A model generated the notes under the pieces. That model saw only the letters and a program-made list of their open reading frames with translations, made no database searches and was not told the origin of the DNA. From an uncultured Magnetococcales bacterium (lineage in GTDB: Bacteria; Pseudomonadota; Alphaproteobacteria; UBA2136), in NCBI GenBank assembly GCA_963974105.1, contig CAXBBG010000001.1, positions 578,793-642,792 of the forward strand: 64,000 nucleotides of DNA, read 5' to 3'. Positions 8,991 to 18,885 of the stretch are shown piece by piece; position 1 is the first letter of the stretch; each line of letters opens with the position of its first letter. The position numbers and the translations under genes were made by a program.

Positions 8991-11900
8991 TTATTCGTCT
9001 TGTACGGACTTAACGCGGTTGATTTTGCTTGGTGTTGGTTCTGGTTTTTCAAAAATCTTACTGCCTGTTACAATATAGCTATAGCGTTGGCGTCCCCAAT
9101 GCTTGTTGTGGCCAGCACATGTAATTTCTTCACCAATAGGCTGACAGCGTATAACAGCATCTAGCGTACCACCGTTGATAAGTGGATATGTATAGCTAAA
9201 TGATATGAGTTGCTTGTCAGGGCTGTAAAAGCCATCCATTGGGCGTGGTCGCTCTGAAGAAGGGTGGTAAACAACACCTTTAATAGGGTATATGGTTCCC
9301 ATGATTTGCGCGCCTTGTTTTGGCGTAATAGCGCGGCGCTCGTCTGTCTTAAATTCTATAATTGAACCTACAGGCATGACGTGACGTGAACGTATATCGT
9401 TATCGTCGTGGGTGCTTGTTATGGTGTATTTACCATCTGGGAAATTCGGTTTTTGTGTACTGTAGCCACGTACACGCTTAAAGGTAAATGAATCGTCGTT
9501 TGTGAAGTATATGATACGGTCACCTTCAAGGCTTAAACTTTTTAAATCGCCAAATATTTTTTCAAATGATACTGGTAAGCCTTGCCCTGATTTTTGATTG
9601 TCAGGTATGACAATTTCCATTGTATTTGGGTTAATGCGACCTGTAATTTCATAACGAGAAACTTTCCCATAATCTTCAGAAAGGTCTTTTGGTGATTGTA
9701 CTTTGATATCACCTAAGTGGCTTAGAAGTGTGACTTTTACCGCTAACAAGTCTTTTTGATCATCTAATTTGGTGCTTTCTTCCGTTTCTTTATCATTGAT
9801 CAAGTCAATAAATAATAGTTTTGTTGAAACAGGTTTTAGAGCATCTTTATTAGGCTTAATAGAATAAGCACCAACTTGGGCACGCACAGTTTCTACATAT
9901 TCTTGTAGGTACGGGCGGGCTTGCTCTATCAGTGTTACATCTGACAGAATGGTGAATAAACTTGCGGCTTTTTCATGGTTGCCTGCATCGTAAGCTTCAA
10001 TAGCGCGCATAAGCGTTGTAAATTGAGGTTTTGTGTCAATTAACATGGTTTTAAATTCATCACCACTTAATGTCCAAAGTTTTTTAGATTCTTCAAGGGT
10101 TGTTAGTTTTTCCATGGTTTTGTTTACAATGAAAGTTTTTGGAATATCAGTGTAAATTTTCTGAAGCTTAATACCTTGAAGCGCGAATTCGAGCGCTGTA
10201 AGGCTTTTGTCTTCAGAAAGGCTGTTTTTAATAGCGTTGATAAGATAGGCGTGTCTATCTTTTTCAGGGAAGTTATCGCTAAAATATGTGTAAAGTTTAT
10301 GTAATGAAACAGGTGTCGCATATGCCCCTTCAGACTTTACAATTAAACTTTTTAAAAGGTTGTCGATAACTTCAGGCTGTTTGGCAAAATGCTTTTGTAA
10401 GAAGGTGAATTTGTCACCAAGTTCAATTTTGGATTCTTCTTTTGTTTGTAACAGAGCATCACTTGTGTTTGCATTAAGCTGTTTTTGAATGCCTGATTGT
10501 GTTAGGTAATCGTCAAAGCTTTGAAGTAATAAGCTGTCTAGGCTAAAGTCTATGCCCATAGTTTCAGATAAAAATTCTGCTAATTTATCCATGCCTTCAA
10601 ATTCGTTTTTTTGCCATTTTTTCTCTAAAGCTTCAATGGTAATTGACACGACTTTTTGGCGAGAGAGACGGGCGATGTCGGGTTGGAAAGATGCGTATTT
10701 GTAAACTAAATCATAATTTGCTTGATTTACAGCGCCAATCATTGCTTCATTAAGAAGTTTTGTGACACGTGTTTTAACAGCTTGAGCGCCCTCTGCTGGT
10801 AAAATAATGTGCTGAATAACATCTAAAATACTTAAATTTGCAAGGGTAAGGTCTTCTGCAATGGTAAACAATGTGTCGTTGTATGTGTTTATCATGCTTG
10901 AAGGGATGTCGCCAGGTGCTAAGTCTTCAAATAAGATAGAAGCGTCTCTTGTTTTTTTGGCATATGTCGCAGCAGGTTCAAGGAAAATATCCCATGATTT
11001 TTGATTTTTAGGATTGGTTAGAAGGGCAAGTTTAATGAATTTTAATTTTAAAAGTTCAATGTTAAGCGCGCGTTCTTTTTCCATTGCGATTGTTTGAGAT
11101 ATATCTTCCGCTATCGCTAGGTTTTCTACTGGTTCTTTAGAGGCTGTTTTAACAGAATGTTGTTTTGCGCGGTCTAAAAATGGTACGTCACGTGACATGG
11201 CGTAAACAGCATTGGCAATTTGTGCCTGACCACTTTCAGTGTTGAGGTATGGAATATCTGCTTCAATTAGTATTTTACGCAGGTCTTTGATAAATGTTTC
11301 GGTGCCGTCATTGGGGTTGCCTTCAATGGTCATTTGGTAAATGGCATAAGGCAACGCTTTAATACTGTCGTCATTTAATGGAATTGTACTATCTGCTGTT
11401 TTAAAGTGTTCTAAAGCTTCTTTAATAATGTCTTGGTCATTTTGAATGTAGCCGTTTAAAAGCAATGCCATGGCTTGGTTTGGGTTTTTAATGACAAGTT
11501 TTTTGCTTAATGACTCTGTTAGAGTATTTGCAGGCGGTATATCGCCTTTAATAATGTGTTCTGATGCTTTTTTGAACGTTAGGATAGAAAGTTTTTGCAA
11601 TAAAGGCCCGTAAGGCATGAATTGGTTGATACTGGCAAGGGCTTTAGGGTGGTGTTTGCTTTTTATAAGACCTTCCGTCACGTTTAAAATACGGTCATGT
11701 AGGTTGAGTGATGTACCATCAACGTCAACAATTGGGTCTTTAATTTTAGTGAAATGATGGGTAAGGCTCTCTAATTTCCTTGGTGCTTTATCAAAACAGT
11801 CTGTTTTTGCACATTCACTCAAAATAACTTCTGTCATAAGCGCATGGTATAGCGGGTTTTCTGGCTCATCTTCAATTTCATCAGCTAACCAATCAATGGC

Positions 11901-12008
11901 ATCTTCGTAGTTACCTTCTTGAATGTATGCGTCTATTTTCTCGATAGGATTTGAACATCCAGAAAGAGTCAAAGTAAGTAATGCCAGCGCTATAACGGTT
12001 TTTTTCAT
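8991..12008 (-). CDS. large hypothetical lipoprotein (1005 aa)
   Basis: N-terminal signal peptide with lipobox LTLSG|C. The N-terminal two thirds are helical; the C-terminal approximately 250 aa are beta-rich. I recognise no domain. Confidence 0.8.
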   Translation of the reverse strand: MKKTVIALALLTLTLSGCSNPIEKIDAYIQEGNYEDAIDWLADEIEDEPENPLYHALMTEVILSECAKTDCFDKAPRKLESLTHHFTKIKDPIVDVDGTSLNLHDRILNVTEGLIKSKHHPKALASINQFMPYGPLLQKLSILTFKKASEHIIKGDIPPANTLTESLSKKLVIKNPNQAMALLLNGYIQNDQDIIKEALEHFKTADSTIPLNDDSIKALPYAIYQMTIEGNPNDGTETFIKDLRKILIEADIPYLNTESGQAQIANAVYAMSRDVPFLDRAKQHSVKTASKEPVENLAIAEDISQTIAMEKERALNIELLKLKFIKLALLTNPKNQKSWDIFLEPAATYAKKTRDASILFEDLAPGDIPSSMINTYNDTLFTIAEDLTLANLSILDVIQHIILPAEGAQAVKTRVTKLLNEAMIGAVNQANYDLVYKYASFQPDIARLSRQKVVSITIEALEKKWQKNEFEGMDKLAEFLSETMGIDFSLDSLLLQSFDDYLTQSGIQKQLNANTSDALLQTKEESKIELGDKFTFLQKHFAKQPEVIDNLLKSLIVKSEGAYATPVSLHKLYTYFSDNFPEKDRHAYLINAIKNSLSEDKSLTALEFALQGIKLQKIYTDIPKTFIVNKTMEKLTTLEESKKLWTLSGDEFKTMLIDTKPQFTTLMRAIEAYDAGNHEKAASLFTILSDVTLIEQARPYLQEYVETVRAQVGAYSIKPNKDALKPVSTKLLFIDLINDKETEESTKLDDQKDLLAVKVTLLSHLGDIKVQSPKDLSEDYGKVSRYEITGRINPNTMEIVIPDNQKSGQGLPVSFEKIFGDLKSLSLEGDRIIYFTNDDSFTFKRVRGYSTQKPNFPDGKYTITSTHDDNDIRSRHVMPVGSIIEFKTDERRAITPKQGAQIMGTIYPIKGVVYHPSSERPRPMDGFYSPDKQLISFSYTYPLINGGTLDAVIRCQPIGEEITCAGHNKHWGRQRYSYIVTGSKIFEKPEPTPSKINRVKSVQDE

Positions 12009-12164
12009 AAAATTGCCTTAAGTATTTGTTTGCTCATAAAAGCTTGTTGCCATTTTACATTTATTTTTTATCTGGGGGCAAGGTAGGGCTGTTATTGCTG
12101 TTTATGTACTGTGTCTTTGCAGTTGCACTTGCACTTAAAGGCGCACACCCTTATTATAAAGCTT

Positions 12165-13010
12165 ATGAAAAGAATTATATATGTTTTAGCCCTTGTCGTT
12201 TTTTTAGTGAAGGCGTCTTTTTCTGCGGCTTATGAATGGAAAAAAGACGGGGAACGCTTAACTTATGACGTCAATTGGTCGTTTTTAAATGTGGGGCAAG
12301 CTGAGCTTTTATTTAGAACCAATGCTGATAATTATAAAATAATTGGTCGTGCTTGGACGGGAAAAAGTGTGAATGCTGTGTATCATTTGCTGGATCGTAT
12401 TTTAATTCAGGGTCAGTTGCAAAATGGTGGTCTTTTAACAGAAAGTTACACTGCTTTTTTAAATGAAAATAATTATAAAGCACATAAAACTGTTTTATAC
12501 GATAGGTCGCAAGGTAAGGGTTATTATAAAAACATACATGGTGGTTTAGCGCCTGTAGCATACCCTATTGAAGAAGATAGCCGTGACCTTATGACGGCTT
12601 TATATCATTTGCGTAGCTTGGAAAAAGAATTAAAAATAGGGGATGTGTACAAATTACCTATTTTTGAATTAGATAGCCTTTATGAAATGCAGATGCATGT
12701 GCGAGAAAAAAGGCGTATGAAAACAGTTTTAGGGAAAATAGATCTGTTTCGTATTCAGCCTGTTATGGTGGGTTTGGGTGATGCCAATAAACGTGTTAAA
12801 GACAGGCTTTCTATTTGGGTAACGGCTGATAAAAGATTTATACCTGTAAAAATAGAAATTGATCTACCCGTGGGTTCATTTCATGCTATGTTAACGCGAT
12901 ATGGTGCGGCAGACAGCGTGTCTGAGGCGCCTGAATACTTGCCCGAAAAAGGTAAAATAGACACTGACAAAGGAAAGAATACAACGCATGTCAATTTCAT
13001 TACTGACTGA
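12165..13010 (+). CDS. hypothetical exported protein (possibly DUF3108-like)
   Basis: An internal ATG at 12165 gives MKRIIYVLALVVFLVKASFSAA, a cleavable signal peptide. The gene overlaps the rfaE start by 23 nt. Confidence 0.6.
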   Translation: MKRIIYVLALVVFLVKASFSAAYEWKKDGERLTYDVNWSFLNVGQAELLFRTNADNYKIIGRAWTGKSVNAVYHLLDRILIQGQLQNGGLLTESYTAFLNENNYKAHKTVLYDRSQGKGYYKNIHGGLAPVAYPIEEDSRDLMTALYHLRSLEKELKIGDVYKLPIFELDSLYEMQMHVREKRRMKTVLGKIDLFRIQPVMVGLGDANKRVKDRLSIWVTADKRFIPVKIEIDLPVGSFHAMLTRYGAADSVSEAPEYLPEKGKIDTDKGKNTTHVNFITD

Positions 13011-13986
13011 TTTAAATAAAAACCCCTTCCAAAATATTAAAGTTGCTATTTTGGGTGACGTGATGCTTGACCGATTTATTTATGGTGAGGTTGACCGCAT
13101 TTCTCCAGAAGCACCTATCCCTGTTGTGCGTGTCACTAAACGTAATTCCCATTTAGGTGGTGCTGGTAATGTTGCGGCAAACCTTTCGTCCTTGGGCGGT
13201 TTACCTCTTATAATTGGACGTGTCGGCAATGACATCTTGGGTGAAGAGTTTACTCAAATGGCAAAAAATATGAACATTGACACGAAATATATTCTAAAAA
13301 CTGAAGTGCCAACCATTAGCAAATCTCGCATTATTGCGCGTACTCAGCAAGTTGTGCGCTTTGATGAAGAATGTACAGACGCCCTTCAAGAACAAGAACG
13401 CAAACGCGTCTTAACAGTGCTAGAATCTGCACGAACAGAAACGGATGTCTTGATTGTGTCAGATTATTCTAAGGGCATGGTTGATGATAGAATGCTTGGC
13501 GATATAAAAAAAATATGGGGCACGGGCAAAATATTTATTGACCCAAAACCAAAAGGTGAAGCGCGTAACGTGGCCTATGTTGGGACAACAACAATGACAC
13601 CAAACGTACAAGAAGCTTGCGAACTTTTGGGCTGTGACAAACCCAAAAATAATGAAGACGCCGAAAAGATGGCTAAAGCATTGGTTGAAAAGTTTGATCT
13701 TGACCATGTGTTGTTAACCCGTAGCGGTGATGGTATGACTTTGGTTCAGAACGGTAAAACTTTACACCTTAAATCAAAAACACAAGAGGTTATTGATGTT
13801 TCAGGTGCAGGAGATACCGTGATAACTGTATTTGCAGCAGGTGTTGCAGCAGGCATGTCCGTGGAAGAGGCGGCGCATTTTGCGAACGTTTCAGGCGGTG
13901 TTGTGGTTGCAAAGTTAGGTACAGCATGCGCCACATGGGAAGATATGCAAGCCGCTATGGAAAAATATCTGCGTTATAACGACTAA
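12988..13986 (+). CDS. rfaE: D-glycero-beta-D-manno-heptose-7-phosphate kinase (RfaE/HldE domain I only, pfkB carbohydrate kinase)
   Basis: KVAILGDVMLDRFIYGEVDRISPEAP...GGAGNVA and a C-terminal DVSGAGDT anion hole. The adenylyltransferase domain II is not fused. Confidence 0.85.
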   Translation: MSISLLTDLNKNPFQNIKVAILGDVMLDRFIYGEVDRISPEAPIPVVRVTKRNSHLGGAGNVAANLSSLGGLPLIIGRVGNDILGEEFTQMAKNMNIDTKYILKTEVPTISKSRIIARTQQVVRFDEECTDALQEQERKRVLTVLESARTETDVLIVSDYSKGMVDDRMLGDIKKIWGTGKIFIDPKPKGEARNVAYVGTTTMTPNVQEACELLGCDKPKNNEDAEKMAKALVEKFDLDHVLLTRSGDGMTLVQNGKTLHLKSKTQEVIDVSGAGDTVITVFAAGVAAGMSVEEAAHFANVSGGVVVAKLGTACATWEDMQAAMEKYLRYND

Positions 13987-14023
13987 TTTAAATTATTCAA
14001 AAAAGATAAAAGGTTCTATTTTT

Positions 14024-14746
14024 ATGAAAGTTCAAGTTTATATTCCAAGCCGTATGGCAAGCACACGTTTACCAAATAAGCCCTTAAAGGATATTGCGGG
14101 TTTACCAATGGTGTGCCATGTTTGGAATCGTGCAAAGGAAGCAAATGTGGGCGATGTTTTTGTAGCCTGTGACGATACACGTATAGCTGAAGCTGTTCAG
14201 GCGCATGGTGGTAACGCCATTATGACAGACAGTGAGCTACCGTCTGGAAGTGACCGTATTTGGCAAGCAGTGCAGCGTCAAATAGAAGCGGGGGGTGAGA
14301 AACCTGATATTATTATTAACGTACAAGGTGATGAGCCATTGTTGCCACCAGAGCTTTTAACAGAAGCGGTTGAAGCTTTTGAATTGGGTTGGCCAGACGT
14401 GGTTACTTTTGCGCATGAAATTCATAAAGAAGCAGAAATTAACGACACAGGTATGGTGAAAGTTGTGACGTCGACGCAAGGAAAAGCACACTATTTCTCA
14501 CGCCACCCTATTCCGCACGGCAGCGAAATAAAGAAACGTCATATTGGTTTTTATGCGTATAAATATGCAGCGCTTGAAAAGTTTGTTTCAAGTAAGCCAT
14601 CTCCATTAGAAGAATTGGAAAAATTAGAGCAATTGCGTGGTTTAGACCTCGGTTTAAATTACTATGTTGCCATGACAGAAAAAGCGCCTGTTGGGGTTGA
14701 TACGCCAGAAGATTTAGAACTCGCAAGGCGTTTAATGGCAGAGTAA
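14024..14746 (+). CDS. kdsB: 3-deoxy-manno-octulosonate cytidylyltransferase (CMP-KDO synthetase)
   Basis: IPSRMASTRLPNKPLKDIAGLPMV...NVQGDEP KdsB signature. Confidence 0.9.
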   Translation: MKVQVYIPSRMASTRLPNKPLKDIAGLPMVCHVWNRAKEANVGDVFVACDDTRIAEAVQAHGGNAIMTDSELPSGSDRIWQAVQRQIEAGGEKPDIIINVQGDEPLLPPELLTEAVEAFELGWPDVVTFAHEIHKEAEINDTGMVKVVTSTQGKAHYFSRHPIPHGSEIKKRHIGFYAYKYAALEKFVSSKPSPLEELEKLEQLRGLDLGLNYYVAMTEKAPVGVDTPEDLELARRLMAE

Positions 14747-14773
14747 GTTCTGCAATTGCATACATATTTAAAA

Positions 14774-14800
14774 AAGAGCCTGACAAAGGCTCTTTTTTTG
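14774..14800 (+). terminator. rho-independent terminator after kdsB
   Basis: AGAGCC-TGACAAA-GGCTCT hairpin followed by T7. Confidence 0.75.
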
Positions 14801-14887
14801 TGTACATTCATGTTTATTCTATATCTTACATTCCTTTTTATATTTTCTATTGATAGATACGCCACTTCCTTGAAGGAGGAAAACATT

Positions 14888-15427
14888 ATGGTATTCTGGA
14901 TTATTTTAGTCGTTTTGATGGCTTTTTTTGTAATGTTTAATGCTCGTAGCTCTTTGAAGTCCGACCCTGATGACAAAAAAATGATAGAGATGATTAAACG
15001 CCGAACACGTTCGGACGAGTTGCGCCAAGAAATTTCAAAATGCAAAGACGTTGAAAAGCAAAAAGAACTTGTTTTGGAAAATTTTAAAGGTCGTGATAAT
15101 AAAGGTTTACGTATAACTGACGGCGTTATTATTGGTGTTATTTGTCAGGAACGTTTTGTGGTTCAATCTGCATCTGACTCACTTAAAGTGCTTTGTTATG
15201 CTTGTGCACGTCGTATGATTAATCACTGTTATAGTGACGCCGAATTAGAGCCGCATAGGCAAGGTGAATATACGGTTTCTGGTTTGTCTGCGGCTGACTA
15301 CGCACATATGAAACTTAAAACCATTCATATGTCTCAAATGGTCATGAAGCATCGTGGGCGCCGATTTATTAACGAAAATATTCCATACGAAGCACCTGTG
15401 CCTATATGCGATTATTGCCAAAAATAA
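14888..15427 (+). CDS. small membrane-anchored Cys-rich hypothetical protein
   Basis: A strong SD (GAAGGAGGAAAAC) precedes the ATG at 14888. The protein has an N-terminal TM helix (MVFWIILVVLMAFFVMF) and the motifs CYAC...HC...CDYC. It has its own flanking terminators. Confidence 0.6.
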   Translation: MVFWIILVVLMAFFVMFNARSSLKSDPDDKKMIEMIKRRTRSDELRQEISKCKDVEKQKELVLENFKGRDNKGLRITDGVIIGVICQERFVVQSASDSLKVLCYACARRMINHCYSDAELEPHRQGEYTVSGLSAADYAHMKLKTIHMSQMVMKHRGRRFINENIPYEAPVPICDYCQK

Positions 15428-15442
15428 AAAATCTAGATAGCG

Positions 15443-15474
15443 AAAAAAAGCCCCTTACGAGGGGCTTTTTTTTA
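15443..15474. terminator. bidirectional intrinsic terminator
   Basis: AGCCCC-TTACGA-GGGGCT hairpin flanked by an A-run and T8. Confidence 0.75.
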
Positions 15475-15515
15475 CACATATAAATGAAAAGTGGCTTACA
15501 TTTTAAATGTTGACC

Positions 15516-16550
15516 TTACCATGAACCCTTACTGTCTATTTTCATACCTATTTGCCTGTCATGTTCGTCGTAAGCTTGTACGACACGGGCAACAAGTTTG
15601 TGACGCACAACGTCCACGTCGGTAAAGCGAATGACGTCAATGTCTTTTAGGCCTTCTAGTACGTTCAAAGCTTCGCGTAGACCGCTTGGGTGCCCTGGAC
15701 GTAAGTCACATTGTGACGGGTCGCCTGTAACAATCATACGGCTACCTTCACCCATACGGGTGAGGAACATACGCATTTGCATTGGTGTTGTGTTTTGTGC
15801 TTCATCTAAAAGCATAATGCTGTCGTTAAGCGTACGACCACGCATATAAGCCAGTGGTGCAATCTCAATGACACCGCTTTCTAAGTATTCTTTTGTTTTT
15901 TCAGGTCCAACCATATCATTTAACGCGTCAAATAATGGACGTAAATAAGGGTCGATCTTTTCTTCAAGCGTTCCTGGTAAAAAGCCAAGGTTTTCACCCG
16001 CTTCAACCACAGGACGTGTGAGAATGATTTTTTTAGCTTGCTTAGATGCCAGAAAACTAATCGCCATAGCCATGGCTAAAAACGTTTTACCTGTTCCGGC
16101 AGGGCCTGCGCCAAATGTTAGGCGGCTTGTGCGTAGCGCATTCACATAGACATGTTGCTGCACTGTACGTGGGGTAATTTTTTTAAGGGGTGTGTGGATC
16201 ACAGCTTTTTCACCAATAAGGTCATTGGGGCGCTGTGTCGCATCTATTAAACCATCGGTAATACGCAAAGCAGCACTCACTTCACTGGCACCTACAGTCA
16301 TATCCTTTTCAAGTAATTCATAAAGGTCTTCTAAAACCACTTTGGCTTTATCGGCTTGTGTCACGTCACCAAAAATGGCGAGTTGGTTGCCGCGCACAAC
16401 AAGTTGAACACCAAGGTGCTCTTCAATTTGTTGCAAGTTACTGTCGTGGTGGCCACAAAGGTTAATCAAAAGCTGGTTATCGTCAAATGACAAGCGCACA
16501 GGCTTTGACTTGTTGTCTTCAGAGCTATCTACGTGATTGTTATCGGTCAT
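15516..16550 (-). CDS. phoH: PhoH-like ATPase (YbeZ)
   Basis: Walker A GPAGTGKTFLAMAMA and the conserved PhoH C-terminal region. Confidence 0.9.
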   Translation of the reverse strand: MTDNNHVDSSEDNKSKPVRLSFDDNQLLINLCGHHDSNLQQIEEHLGVQLVVRGNQLAIFGDVTQADKAKVVLEDLYELLEKDMTVGASEVSAALRITDGLIDATQRPNDLIGEKAVIHTPLKKITPRTVQQHVYVNALRTSRLTFGAGPAGTGKTFLAMAMAISFLASKQAKKIILTRPVVEAGENLGFLPGTLEEKIDPYLRPLFDALNDMVGPEKTKEYLESGVIEIAPLAYMRGRTLNDSIMLLDEAQNTTPMQMRMFLTRMGEGSRMIVTGDPSQCDLRPGHPSGLREALNVLEGLKDIDVIRFTDVDVVRHKLVARVVQAYDEHDRQIGMKIDSKGSW

Positions 16551-16676
16551 GAATGTTTACGCCTTGTTATTTTTCTTTGTACTTATATTCTCCCAAAAAC
16601 AGAGATGAGAAGCAAGTACCATCATCTATATTATGATGTAGGGCACAAATAGATATTCCTGTCAGGTTGGATAGCT

Positions 16677-17675
16677 CTATTTTTGCTTAGCGATTTTCAT
16701 AGCAAATGGTAAAAACATAAAGCCAACAAAAACGCCAAACCATAGGGTTGTTGTACGAATTACAAGGGTTGCTGCAATGGCCGTTTCTTCTGGTATACCT
16801 AAAGCGATAAGCGCAATGACCATAGCGGCTTCTGTACCACCTAAACCGCCTGGAGACATGGTGGCACCCCCTAAAATAGTGGCAAAGCTAAAGATGAACA
16901 TGGCTTGTGTAAAGCTAATGTCTGCACCCATTTGTACTAAAATTGTATGGAAAGCAAGTGTTGAAGCGCCCCAACCTATCATTGAGAAAAATACGGTTGA
17001 GGTGAATACTTTAGGGCTTACCAAAGTTGTGATGTGACGTATCATTTTTTGCAATGCTGCAAAGCGTCTTGGTTTTGTGCGCTTGGTTAGGGAATATAAA
17101 CCTTTAATCACCAATAAGAACAATTTTGGTTTGGCGAATAATAGCATTAACCCACCTAATATGGCACCAAAGACAAACAAAGAAGCATTTTGACCACCAC
17201 CAAATGACGCAACACCCGCAAGGCACATGATAAACAAAGAAGCGAGGTCGGTTATGGGGTCCATTATCATTAAGGGTAAACCTTTTGAATAGGAAACTTT
17301 ATGGCATTTTTTAAGAAACCATAAGCGTAAACCTGTGCCAATTTTCCCAGGGGTTACTGTCATGGACATGCCGCTAAAATAATAAATAGCCATTCGTTTT
17401 AAGGGGATTTTAAAACCAAGGCGCTTACCAAATAAGTGCCATTTTAAGCCACGTCCCACGTAATTAACGAGTGAAAGTGAAAGAAGAATAGCCCATGTTT
17501 GAGCCGAAAGGCTGTTAAATTTATCCCAAACGTTATCCATGCCTGTAAAAAATGAAAGTCCAATAAATGCAATGGCGAATGCAAGCACAGAGACAATAAC
17601 CGTATACTCCATTTTTTTCATGGAAGAGGGGTTAAATTCTTTACGTTCTTTACGTGCTTTTGAAGTGCGTGCCAA
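16677..17675 (-). CDS. flippase-like domain membrane protein (UPF0104 / lysylphosphatidylglycerol-synthase TM-domain family)
   Basis: Eight predicted TM helices, with GRGLKWHLF...YYFSGMSMTVTPGKIGTG motifs typical of the PF03706 family. It sits 11 nt downstream of trpS on the same strand. Confidence 0.7.
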   Translation of the reverse strand: MARTSKARKERKEFNPSSMKKMEYTVIVSVLAFAIAFIGLSFFTGMDNVWDKFNSLSAQTWAILLSLSLVNYVGRGLKWHLFGKRLGFKIPLKRMAIYYFSGMSMTVTPGKIGTGLRLWFLKKCHKVSYSKGLPLMIMDPITDLASLFIMCLAGVASFGGGQNASLFVFGAILGGLMLLFAKPKLFLLVIKGLYSLTKRTKPRRFAALQKMIRHITTLVSPKVFTSTVFFSMIGWGASTLAFHTILVQMGADISFTQAMFIFSFATILGGATMSPGGLGGTEAAMVIALIALGIPEETAIAATLVIRTTTLWFGVFVGFMFLPFAMKIAKQK

Positions 17676-17686
17676 AGTGAGGCTCC

Positions 17687-18700
17687 TTATTTAATAGGGG
17701 GGACAAAACCCATTTTTTTCATAACTTTGTTTAATGTACGAAAGGCTTCAATTCTGGCTTTATCAGCGCCAATTTTGAGTATACGGTCAAGTTCCGCCCT
17801 GTCTTGCATAAGTGCATTGTAGCGTTGTTGTACAGGTTTAAGTTCAGCCACTAAAGCGTCAGCGACAGCTGTTTTAAATGTGCCATATTGTTGCCCTTCA
17901 AATACTTTGACGGCGTCATCGATAGACATGTTTTGAACGACAGCATAAATTTCTAATAGGTTGGAAACACCTGCTTTATTTTCTTTGTCATAGGTCACTT
18001 GTGCATCGCTATCTGTTACGGCAGATTTTACTTTTTTAGCAATAACGTTTAAGTCATCTTCTAAAAATATAGTACCTTTACCACCAATAGATTTGGACAT
18101 TTTCGCTGTTGGGTCTTGTAGGTCGCGCACTCTTGCGCCAGCCTTTGGCATTACAGCTTTTGGTATTGTGAAAATAGGTTTAGCATCTGGGTTGTCCCCA
18201 CAAAAATGGTTGTTAAATCTTGTGGCAATATCACGGGTAAGTTCTATATGTTGCTTCTGGTCTTCGCCCACAGGAACTTCATCAATTTGATGCAATAAAA
18301 TATCGGCCGCTTGAAGGACAGGGTAAGCAAAAAGCCCCACGTTAATATTATTGGCGTGGCTTTTAGACTTGTCTTTAAACTGGGTCATACGCTCAAGTTC
18401 GCCCATTTGTGCGAAGGTGTTGAGTATCCAACCGAGTTGCGCATGTGCACTTACATGACTTTGTGCAAATAAAGTCGCTTTTTCTGGGTTTAGACCACAT
18501 GCAAGATACCATGCGGCAACGCTATATGTGTTTTTACGTAATTCGGCAGGATTTTGACGCACTGTAATGGCGTGCAAATCTGCAATGAAGTAAGTTGTAT
18601 CGGCTTCGTCTTGCATAGAAATTTGAGGCTTAAAAGCGCCGAGATAATTTCCAAGTGTTGGTTGGCCCGTTGGCTGAATACCGCTGATAATTTTTTTCAT
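17687..18700 (-). CDS. trpS: tryptophan--tRNA ligase
   Basis: MKKIISGIQPTGQPTLGNYLGA (HIGH-class motif) and KMSKS. The ORF extends in frame to an ATG at 18763, but N-terminal conservation favours the 18700 start. Confidence 0.9.
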   Translation of the reverse strand: MKKIISGIQPTGQPTLGNYLGAFKPQISMQDEADTTYFIADLHAITVRQNPAELRKNTYSVAAWYLACGLNPEKATLFAQSHVSAHAQLGWILNTFAQMGELERMTQFKDKSKSHANNINVGLFAYPVLQAADILLHQIDEVPVGEDQKQHIELTRDIATRFNNHFCGDNPDAKPIFTIPKAVMPKAGARVRDLQDPTAKMSKSIGGKGTIFLEDDLNVIAKKVKSAVTDSDAQVTYDKENKAGVSNLLEIYAVVQNMSIDDAVKVFEGQQYGTFKTAVADALVAELKPVQQRYNALMQDRAELDRILKIGADKARIEAFRTLNKVMKKMGFVPPIK

Positions 18701-18885
18701 ATATTTTGCGTTGTCTTTAATTGGTGTAATTTTTACGTCATTCTGTTTTACACCTATTGCCACACAAAAAAAAGGGTTTTCCTTGAGAATTTAGTGAATG
18801 TGCCACAAATTGTTATTTACACAGAGGTCTGTATACAAAAAGCGCTTAAGGAAAGCGCTTTGGTTGTAATGGTTTATATTCAATA

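Noticed and set aside
12026-12235. 69-aa ORF overlapping the start of the exported DUF3108-like gene
   Set aside because: It is out of frame with, and overlapping, a better-supported gene, and has no SD.
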